The notes below the pieces were generated by a model that had not been told where the DNA came from, searched no databases, and saw nothing but the letters and a program-made list of their open reading frames with translations. From an uncultured archaeon (lineage in GTDB: Archaea > Asgardarchaeota > Lokiarchaeia > Sigyniarchaeales > SOKP01): DNA of 14,008 bases. Where the stretch lies: contig CAZBPC010000088.1 of the NCBI GenBank assembly GCA_964493715.1, forward strand, positions 1 to 14,008, given 5' to 3'. Shown one piece after another: positions 1-7,106 of the stretch. Each line of letters begins with the position of its first letter. Within the stretch, counting starts at the first letter, position 1. The position numbers and the translations under genes were made by a program.

Positions 1-1550
1 GGTCCAGTAGAGCCATAACATTTTCTATTTAAAAGAGCATTCCATATGTCTTGTTTTGTCAGCGATTTTGCCCATACTGCCATAATTCCTAGTGGGTATA
101 ACCCATTATCAGGGTCAATGGATCCTGAAGGATACACTCCGAAGTGATCATCCCCACCAGCGGTGAAACCTAATTTGTAACCTTTTTTAAGAGCATCTTG
201 CACGAATGATCCTCTCTTCTCTAATATGGCTCCTCTCTTTCTTGCATTCGGACCATACCCAAAAAATTTATATCTAGGAGGGAGTGGATTTCCATCTTTA
301 GAGGAATATTCTTGATTACCCCAAGTCGAATAAATCTCCACTAATCTTTCTAATGAATTGTCAAAAGTATCCCAATTGCGATATCCAGATCGAAGGGCAG
401 TATGATGTCCAATCATTAAAATCTTACCAGCAAATGGTTTTAGATTCCTTATTAATTTCGCTGTTGAATTAAACTTGTTCGTGTCAGATCTTAAAATCGG
501 AACGGTATCATCATAATGATAAATGCAGATGTCCCCATAGCCCGTATACCAATAACCCCATTCATAACCAAAGAAGGACACAAATTTACCATCCTTGTGT
601 ATCTCTTTTACTTTTTGTTTGATTTCGATAAAATCCTCATCTAAAGTTTCCCTTTCATGATCGTGTTCGGTTGTGGTACCAAAATCTAGCCCAGCGTTCA
701 GTAGGTTATGAAAGAAATCATTAATATCCAGCATGCCATCACTTTTATTCGTATGAGCATGAATAAATCCCCAGTATAATTTTTCATCAGGAGGTTTTTC
801 TTCACATACAATGGGATTGGAACGATATTCTTTCCCTTTAAACATTCCAATGATAGCATAAATTCCCTCTCTTGAAAGAGAATTGCTCGTAATTTTTAAA
901 ATTCCTTCGCTATTTTGAGGAAACTTATGAGAAGGAATAGGAGATTGTTTACTTGATTGATCATATATATATAAATTGATTTCTGAGTCAAAATTATTAA
1001 TTAAGTTTTTATATCTATCCTCTGCTCTAATTAATATTTCGAAATCTTGATTCACAGAAATAGTCGAGGGGCATATAATGGTTAAATGGTGAAATTTATT
1101 GTGAATAATGTCTATAGTTGGTGGATTTTGGATATTTATGGGCTTTTTGTTAGGAAATTCTACTAAAATCTCGATCTTCTTTGATTTTTCAACGAGAGAC
1201 TGAACTAAAGTATCTTGCAATTCAATATTAAATCGTGTTCCGGCTTTTATGCCATTTTCATCAACTATAATATATTTAATTCCTAATTCTTTACCATTAA
1301 ACAGGAGGGGAATCATTTTTAACTGGGGATTGGTTCTAAGATCAAAATACCCATCGAGGTTCGGATCAAAAGATTGAAGGCAATACCAGTCATTTTTATT
1401 GTTTCGTCCTCCTCGAAATCGGAAGTAGATGCTTGAATCACGTGGAAGATCGAATTCTATTATAAAAGTGATTAATAAATCACATTTGGTACGTACAACG
1501 GCACAGTTAGGTTCTACAATCACATTTTTTAAGGTATATTCATTTTTCAT
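1..1550 (-). CDS. DUF3604-like / PHP-fold metallohydrolase, partial (runs off the left edge; not in the ORF track)
   Basis: Translated by hand: open from ATG at 1550 (MKNEYTLKNVIVEPNCAVV...) to the window edge, about 516 codons with no stop. Contains LYWGFIHAHTNKSDG, LDFGTTTEHD, FFGYEW, IGHHT, LVEIYSTWG, GFTAGGDDH and IWNALLNRKCYGSTG, matching the DUF3604/PHP-like metal-binding pattern. Confidence 0.85.
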   Translation of the reverse strand, partial: MKNEYTLKNVIVEPNCAVVRTKCDLLITFIIEFDLPRDSSIYFRFRGGRNNKNDWYCLQSFDPNLDGYFDLRTNPQLKMIPLLFNGKELGIKYIIVDENGIKAGTRFNIELQDTLVQSLVEKSKKIEILVEFPNKKPINIQNPPTIDIIHNKFHHLTIICPSTISVNQDFEILIRAEDRYKNLINNFDSEINLYIYDQSSKQSPIPSHKFPQNSEGILKITSNSLSREGIYAIIGMFKGKEYRSNPIVCEEKPPDEKLYWGFIHAHTNKSDGMLDINDFFHNLLNAGLDFGTTTEHDHERETLDEDFIEIKQKVKEIHKDGKFVSFFGYEWGYWYTGYGDICIYHYDDTVPILRSDTNKFNSTAKLIRNLKPFAGKILMIGHHTALRSGYRNWDTFDNSLERLVEIYSTWGNQEYSSKDGNPLPPRYKFFGYGPNARKRGAILEKRGSFVQDALKKGYKLGFTAGGDDHFGVYPSGSIDPDNGLYPLGIMAVWAKSLTKQDIWNALLNRKCYGSTG

Positions 1551-1567
1551 AAAAATAGGTCACTCAT

Positions 1568-2440
1568 TTAATCATTTTTTATTACTGTAATAAGAAGTGC
1601 AATAAAAATTATAGAAGCTCCTATTAATCCAAATACAGTAAGCAGTTCATTACCAAATAGAAAGCCAAAGAAAGCCGCAAAGACTGGTTCTAAAGTAAAG
1701 ATAATCGCTGTTTTAGCAGGAGTTAAATATTGTTGCCCATAATTTTGGAATAGAAAGGTCAAGGTTGTAACTACTAAACCCATATAAAACATGATCAACC
1801 AAAAATCTAAAGTGTTTGAAGTGATATTCCAATTTTCACGTAATATAAAAGATGAACCTAAACTTAATAATGATAAAGTGGCTAACTGAATAACGGAAAA
1901 AAGATAAATATCAACTTTTCTTACATAATTATCATTTGCTACTATAAATATGGCATATAACACGGCACAAACTAGAACTAGCATATCTCCAAAAAATACT
2001 CCTGATTCTCCTTCTAATAACAAAAAACCCATACCAACAACTGATAAAACCACAGCAATCCATACCCGATATTTAACTCTTTTTTTATAAGCAAACCACG
2101 TTATAAAAGGAACCAAGACTGTACCTAATCCTGTGATAAATCCCGCTTTTCCTGCAGTAGTTGTCTGAAGACCGTAAGTTTGAAAGGCAATAGATATAAA
2201 GTATAAAATGCCCGTGATTATTCCGCCGTATAATATTTTTTTATTAAAACCCTTTAAGCGGTACAGTATTGGGATGATTCCTATCATAGCGATGCCATAC
2301 CTTAAAGTTAAATACATAAAAATTGGCAATTCCTTTGTTACTATTTTAGTGATAATGAACGAGGTTCCCCAAAATATTGTTGTAACAATTAAAGCAGCTA
2401 AAGCAAGACCTGTTTTTTTTGGAGAAACTGAATCTTCCAT
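1568..2440 (-). CDS. EamA/DMT family transporter
   Basis: About 10 hydrophobic segments in two EamA repeats (FWGTSFIITK, GLQTTTAGKAGFITGL, AIIFTLEPVFAAFFGFLFGNE). ATG at 2440 (MEDSVSPKK) preferred over the track's GTG at 2482. Only 17 nt separate it from the DUF3604 gene, so probably co-transcribed. Confidence 0.9.
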   Translation of the reverse strand: MEDSVSPKKTGLALAALIVTTIFWGTSFIITKIVTKELPIFMYLTLRYGIAMIGIIPILYRLKGFNKKILYGGIITGILYFISIAFQTYGLQTTTAGKAGFITGLGTVLVPFITWFAYKKRVKYRVWIAVVLSVVGMGFLLLEGESGVFFGDMLVLVCAVLYAIFIVANDNYVRKVDIYLFSVIQLATLSLLSLGSSFILRENWNITSNTLDFWLIMFYMGLVVTTLTFLFQNYGQQYLTPAKTAIIFTLEPVFAAFFGFLFGNELLTVFGLIGASIIFIALLITVIKND

Positions 2441-2509
2441 TAGAATTCTATTCCATAAAGCAATTAAAAAATAAAGGTTCACTTGAAATTAATAATTTAT
2501 CATTAATTT

Positions 2510-2596
2510 ATGCTTAAATCGTTGGCATTTAACAATATGCGTTAAATGCACGTTTTATTCATGTGCAGCATTTTTTTATGCCTTATTATTTATAAA
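2510..2596. promoter_or_regulatory. Divergent promoter region with nested inverted repeats and a palindromic TATA-like box
   Basis: GCATTTAAC(2525-2533)-N7-GTTAAATGC(2541-2549); TGCAC(2547-2551)...GTGCA(2563-2567); GCAT-T6-ATGC(2568-2581); TTTATAAA at 2589-2596. Confidence 0.5.
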
Positions 2597-2676
2597 GGAT
2601 ATATTTCTTTATTACTCAACAATTACCTCAAATCATACATAATTAATGAAGAGAAGAAAAGAAGAAGAATTGAATT

Positions 2677-4149
2677 ATGCCAAAATCTTATAGCGAAATT
2701 AACCAAAAAATAAAAAGTGGAGATGTTGTAGTTGTTACTGCTGAAGAAATGATCAAGATTGTAGAGACTGATGGTGAGCAGGTAGCTGCTGAAGAAATAG
2801 ATGTGGTGACTACTGGGACATTTGGTCCAATGTGTTCAAGTGGTGCTTTTCTTAATTTTGGTCACTCAGATCCTCCCATTAAATTAGAGCATGTATGGTT
2901 AAATGAAGTTCATGCATATCACGGAAATGCTGCTGTAGATTGTTATATTGGAGTCACAAGAACGGCAGACATTAAACCATTTGATTATGGAGGGGGAAAC
3001 GTCATTGAAGATCTGGTATCAGGAAAACGAATAAGATTAAGGGGTACTTCGTATACGACTGACTGTTATCCTTTAGAGGAGATTGTTACATATTTTACCA
3101 TAGGTGATCTAAATCAAGCAATATTGTGCAATCCTCGAAATGCATATCAAAAATACGTGTGTGCTGTAAATAGCACTGATAAAACACTCTATACCTATAT
3201 GGGTAAACTTTTACCAAACTTAGGAAACGCCCATTATGCGGGAGCAGGTTGTTTAAATCCCTTATGTAATGATCCAGACTATGAAACGATTGGAATAGGT
3301 ACTCGAATTTTTCTAGGAGGAGGGATCGGATATGTCATGGGAGAAGGAACGCAACACGATCCAACAAATGGATTCGGAACTCTATTTCTAAAAGGAGATC
3401 TCAAGCAAATGAAACCAGAATATTTGCGAGGAGTTAATTTTGAAAAATATGGACCTTCAATGTCAGTGGGTGTAGGGATACCTATCCCGATTCTAAATGA
3501 AAAACTTGCACGCAAAACTGCAATAAAAGATGAAGATATTGAAACTGATGTTGTAGATTATGGTATACCCAGAAGAAGTCGTCCTGTATTAAGAAAAGTT
3601 AATTATAAAGAATTAAAGTCGGGTAAAATAGAGATTAACGGTAAAGAAGTCAAAGTTTCATCATTATCCTCGTTATTTTATTCTAGAAAAATTGCAAATG
3701 AGTTAAAAACTTGGATTGAGGAAGGTTTATTTTTCCTGAATCCACCAGCAGAAAAATTGCCAACAGACACAACCTACAACCCAATGAAACAAATTACTGA
3801 GTTAAAATTTGTTAAAGATTTGAAAAAATCAGCAATTACTTGTTTTGATGATTGTGATATTAAAATTGTTGCAGAAAAAATAATTGAAGAAAACACAAAT
3901 CATATTGTAATTATTGATAAGGATAAGCATTTGATTGGCATTGTGACTAGTTTTGATATTACAAAAGCAATCGCTAAAAACAAGTCTCATATAAGAGATA
4001 TAATAACTAAAAAAGTAATCACAGCAACTGATAACGAACCGATCGAGGTGGCAGCAAGGAGAATGAAAATGAATGATATATCTGCTTTACCAATAATAAA
4101 CGATGAGAAACAAGTTATAGGAATCATAACATCTGAGGAGTTGATGTAA
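2677..4149 (+). CDS. L-aspartate semialdehyde sulfurtransferase (homocysteine biosynthesis; DUF39 plus CBS pair, MA1821/MJ0100-like)
   Basis: DUF39 signatures VVVVTAEEM, DVVTTGTFGPMCSSGAFLNFGHSDPPI (Cys53), TDCYP (Cys130), NPRNAYQ, TYMGKLLP, TIGIGTRIFLGG; two C-terminal CBS motifs (LIGIVTSFDI; ISALPII...VIGIITSEEL). Confidence 0.93.
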   Translation: MPKSYSEINQKIKSGDVVVVTAEEMIKIVETDGEQVAAEEIDVVTTGTFGPMCSSGAFLNFGHSDPPIKLEHVWLNEVHAYHGNAAVDCYIGVTRTADIKPFDYGGGNVIEDLVSGKRIRLRGTSYTTDCYPLEEIVTYFTIGDLNQAILCNPRNAYQKYVCAVNSTDKTLYTYMGKLLPNLGNAHYAGAGCLNPLCNDPDYETIGIGTRIFLGGGIGYVMGEGTQHDPTNGFGTLFLKGDLKQMKPEYLRGVNFEKYGPSMSVGVGIPIPILNEKLARKTAIKDEDIETDVVDYGIPRRSRPVLRKVNYKELKSGKIEINGKEVKVSSLSSLFYSRKIANELKTWIEEGLFFLNPPAEKLPTDTTYNPMKQITELKFVKDLKKSAITCFDDCDIKIVAEKIIEENTNHIVIIDKDKHLIGIVTSFDITKAIAKNKSHIRDIITKKVITATDNEPIEVAARRMKMNDISALPIINDEKQVIGIITSEELM

Positions 4150-4150
4150 G

Positions 4151-4546
4151 ATAACAATAATCAATTGCACGCTTCCTTTTGGGATTATTAGAGATATTGA
4201 TGATTACTCAAAAATTATAAATGAAATCTTGAAATATAACATCACCTTTAATATTTTAAAATTTACCACTGGATCGAGTGGAGTTAATTTATTACTGGAT
4301 ATACCGGAAGATAAGATTAAAATGATAACGGATGCATTAACTCAAAATAAAGTTGTAGTAAATAAAAAAGGAAGGGTTATCATTGATGATGATAAATGTA
4401 TAGATTGTGGAGCCTGTCTTTCATTATGCCCAACCGATGCCCTATACTTTGATGAATCATTAAGACTTAAATTTTCGTACGAGATATGTATCGGGTGCCT
4501 TCTTTGCTTAGATTCGTGTCCAAGAAGAGCTATTGAAGAAATGTAA
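4151..4546 (+). CDS. NIL-domain plus 2x[4Fe-4S] ferredoxin, iron-sulfur partner of the sulfurtransferase (MA1822/MJ0099-like)
   Basis: Two CxxCxxCxxxCP motifs (CIDCGACLSLCP, CIGCLLCLDSCP), preceded by NIL-like ITFNILK...VNLLLDI; directly follows the DUF39-CBS gene. The frame is open from 4145. Start uncertain: ATA at 4151 versus the track's TTG at 4229. Confidence 0.85.
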   Translation: MTIINCTLPFGIIRDIDDYSKIINEILKYNITFNILKFTTGSSGVNLLLDIPEDKIKMITDALTQNKVVVNKKGRVIIDDDKCIDCGACLSLCPTDALYFDESLRLKFSYEICIGCLLCLDSCPRRAIEEM

Positions 4547-4552
4547 TTAAAT

Positions 4553-5566
4553 TTAATCATTTGTAATTATTTCAAATATTTCTTCTAAGCGAGGAGTAGT
4601 TCTTCGCAGAGTTATGCACCTTTCTTGTTCACACCCGAGTAATATTGCGATGAGTTCATTAAGATGAATTGTTGGAATTTCGAGTTTATCGCCAAACCAT
4701 TTATTCATTTTTTCCCTATATTCTGGTTTACTTAGTGTATATAAACACGTTGGACAAGGCATGAGAAGAAAATCCGCCCCAACGTTTTCTGCACTTTTTA
4801 ATTTATCGTGCGTTATTTTTAATGCTTCTCGAGGGTTAATTAAAATCTGTGATGCCCCCCATCCACAACAGCTATCTTTTTCTTGATAGTCCAGAGAAGT
4901 TCCACCAAAAAGTTCAACTAATTCATCTAATTTAGTTTTATCTTTTAAATATCCTTCTACGCTATTTTTATCTCTAGATAAATTAAGGTAGTGACATCCA
5001 TAATGGACAGCTACTTTCAAGTTTTTTAAATTATATTTTAAGGAATTAAGAACATCCTTACGAATCAAATAAAGAAAATCTAAGTCATGAATGAATCGTA
5101 AACTCGGATTTTCAAGAATTTTATATTTTTGATTGTTTTCCTTTTTTCCCATTTGTACTTTTAGATCATCCAATATTTTTGCAGTTTTTTGAAATACTTC
5201 AGGAGCTTTTAAGAAATCACGTCCTCTCATGAGAGAATTATAACAACCATTGCATGAAAACAAAACAATATCTGATTGAGAATTGAGTTCATACAAATTT
5301 CTCTCATTAATCGCTGCAAATTGGGCTCTAGTTATTAAATTTCGCTGGAAAAATGTACCACTGCAACAAGATTGACCCTCACAAACGCTTACTTCCAAAT
5401 TGAGTTCATTAGCAAGATCTAAAATGCCATATCTCACACCAGGAAAATACTTTTCAAGGCAAGCCTTAAATACACATAATCTTTTATCTTTAAAGAAATC
5501 AAGAGGGGACTCTGGGTAATTCTTTTCTATTTCCTCCAAATTTAGAGCAAGTTGACTAAACTCCAT
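4553..5566 (-). CDS. hdrB: Heterodisulfide reductase subunit B-like protein (two CCG domains)
   Basis: Two complete CCG motifs: FKAC...QSCCSG...SCNGC and HYGCH...SCCGWG...PCPTC; typical C-terminal IPTIHLNELIAILLG. Confidence 0.9.
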   Translation of the reverse strand: MEFSQLALNLEEIEKNYPESPLDFFKDKRLCVFKACLEKYFPGVRYGILDLANELNLEVSVCEGQSCCSGTFFQRNLITRAQFAAINERNLYELNSQSDIVLFSCNGCYNSLMRGRDFLKAPEVFQKTAKILDDLKVQMGKKENNQKYKILENPSLRFIHDLDFLYLIRKDVLNSLKYNLKNLKVAVHYGCHYLNLSRDKNSVEGYLKDKTKLDELVELFGGTSLDYQEKDSCCGWGASQILINPREALKITHDKLKSAENVGADFLLMPCPTCLYTLSKPEYREKMNKWFGDKLEIPTIHLNELIAILLGCEQERCITLRRTTPRLEEIFEIITND

Positions 5567-5575
5567 GATGAAATC

Positions 5576-6172
5576 TTATCTTTTTTTAGGTTTATTCTTA
5601 TTCTTAGCTTTGCTAGCTTTAAAAACATAGTTTATTCGAGCGAAATTACAAATAACATTTAATTCTTTAATTCTTTCAGCTGGGAGCGGTTCTCCTAATG
5701 ATTTTTCAACAACTACTCCAGAATTAAGAAAGCGTTCAGACATTTCAACAAATTTTCTTAAATCATTATATTTCGGACCAAATCCTTTCTTGAATGATTC
5801 ATTCCTTAAATTAATGATAAGCAAAGGAATATTTATTCCATCTCTTGGACAAACTCGTCTGCATTTTTCACATAAATAACAGTACCAAATATCTGAATCT
5901 TTTAATACACTCTTATCTCCACGTAAAACTTTAGTTATAATTTTTCTAATGTTGAAATTTGAGATTTTTGCTGCGGGACAATCACCCACGCATTTGCCAC
6001 AAGAGATGCAATCTATAATATTTTTATTTTCTTCTATATCCTCCACCAATTCTTTAAAAAAGTCCCAATTCCAATCAGAATCTGAGTATTGATCCATTTT
6101 TTTTCGTGTTATTTTTGTATGATTTTTTTGTTCCTTGAAAATTTCAAGTTCTAAAAGAGGATCAGAATACAT
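5576..6172 (-). CDS. hdrC: Heterodisulfide reductase subunit C-like Fe-S protein
   Basis: CISCGKCVGDCP and IWYCYLCEKCRRVCPR motifs, FNIRKII; ends 9 nt before the hdrB start. Confidence 0.9.
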   Translation of the reverse strand: MYSDPLLELEIFKEQKNHTKITRKKMDQYSDSDWNWDFFKELVEDIEENKNIIDCISCGKCVGDCPAAKISNFNIRKIITKVLRGDKSVLKDSDIWYCYLCEKCRRVCPRDGINIPLLIINLRNESFKKGFGPKYNDLRKFVEMSERFLNSGVVVEKSLGEPLPAERIKELNVICNFARINYVFKASKAKNKNKPKKR

Positions 6173-6278
6173 GCTAAAAAAATAATTCTGTTCATTTGAA
6201 AAATTAAATTGAAGGTTAAGTTAATAATTTAATATATCAAATATTTAATATAGGGTAATGTATAATAATGTAAGCTAC

Positions 6279-6349
6279 AGAAAAGCTTATTATTTATACT
6301 TTATTAACTATAGTAGGTCTACTAAAAAGGACTAAAGTTGCTAAGGTGA
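6279..6349 (+). promoter_or_regulatory. Putative BRE/TATA, 14-bp palindrome and RBS upstream of the GTPase gene
   Basis: Purine run then CTTATTATTTATA at about 6279-6298; TAGTAG-GT-CTACTA at 6311-6324; AAGGTGA at 6343-6349, 7 nt before GTG 6357. Confidence 0.5.
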
Positions 6350-6356
6350 AATATTA

Positions 6357-7040
6357 GTGGTTTTAACAAAAGATGGAAGTGTTTATATCAAAATAGTGTA
6401 TTGGGGCATGGCAGGTTCAGGAAAGACAACAATTTTGGAGACACTTTATAAAATCACGAAAGAGTCCAAGAAGGATATTGAACCAGTTGAAGAGCTTAAA
6501 AAAATAGAAAAAGAAAGTGGTGCAACATTATATTTCGATAGAGGATTGTTCCAATCTACAAAACAAAAGAAAATTTTTTATAGAGTATTTACTGTAGCAG
6601 GTCAATCGAGCTTTAGCCCTCTAAGATCCAAAATATTTCAAGGGACGGATGCTGTAATTATAGTTGTAGACTCGCAATCTAAATATCTCGAAGACAATGT
6701 GGAATCTCTATTGGAATTAAAGAATATTGCACAAGATAAATTAATTAAAGAAATACCGGTTATAGTCATGTTGAATAAACAAGACCTTGAAGAAACAATT
6801 GGTGTAGAGGATTATGAACATGTATTAGAGAAAGAAAGATTATGGCTTGATCCTAAGGATAATCTTTATAATTGGAATCCTATAATTTATGATACTTGTG
6901 CGCTTTATGATAAAGAAAAAAATATTTATCGAAGTTTCTATGAATGCGCTAGAAGAACTGTCTTATATCAGATTTATGGAAATGGTAAAGCTCCGAAGGA
7001 AGGAGATTTTTCGGATAAAGGCAGCATCGATAAAATTTAA
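6357..7040 (+). CDS. Small GTPase, MglA/Arf-like
   Basis: KIVYWGMAGSGKTT (G1), TLYFD (MglA-type switch I), FTVAGQ (MglA-type G3 without Asp), GTDAVIIVVDSQ, NKQDL (G4), TCAL (G5). GTG start with a GGTGA RBS. Confidence 0.88.
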   Translation: MVLTKDGSVYIKIVYWGMAGSGKTTILETLYKITKESKKDIEPVEELKKIEKESGATLYFDRGLFQSTKQKKIFYRVFTVAGQSSFSPLRSKIFQGTDAVIIVVDSQSKYLEDNVESLLELKNIAQDKLIKEIPVIVMLNKQDLEETIGVEDYEHVLEKERLWLDPKDNLYNWNPIIYDTCALYDKEKNIYRSFYECARRTVLYQIYGNGKAPKEGDFSDKGSIDKI

Positions 7041-7062
7041 ACTTCTAAAGTATAAGAAGAGA

Positions 7063-7102
7063 TCTCTTTTTAAAAGTTAAAGTTAAAAAAAATAAAAAAA
7101 AT
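7063..7102. terminator. Putative oligo-T terminators between convergent genes
   Basis: TCTCTTTTT at about 7063-7071 on + after the GTPase stop; long A-rich tract at about 7086-7102, a T-tract on -, just after the 7TM gene stop. Confidence 0.4.
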
Positions 7103-7106
7103 TGTA

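Noticed and set aside
2208-2474. 88-aa + strand ORF
   Set aside because: Antisense shadow of the EamA gene; no motifs.
3279-3515. 78-aa - strand ORF
   Set aside because: Entirely antisense within the conserved DUF39 gene.
4127-4147. In-frame TGA-TGT upstream of the ferredoxin as possible selenocysteine
   Set aside because: TAA at 4127-4129 closes that frame with no ATG/GTG/TTG in between, the stretch lies inside the upstream gene, and I saw no SECIS-like hairpin.
4342-4560. 72-aa - strand ORF
   Set aside because: Antisense to the ferredoxin gene; no recognisable features.
4553-6172. Selenoprotein or methanogenesis interpretation of hdrCB
   Set aside because: No in-frame TGA in either gene and no mcr/mtr genes in the window; hdrBC alone does not indicate methanogenesis.
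6889-7080. 63-aa + strand ORF
   Set aside because: Alternative frame overlapping the GTPase 3' end; no RBS or motif.
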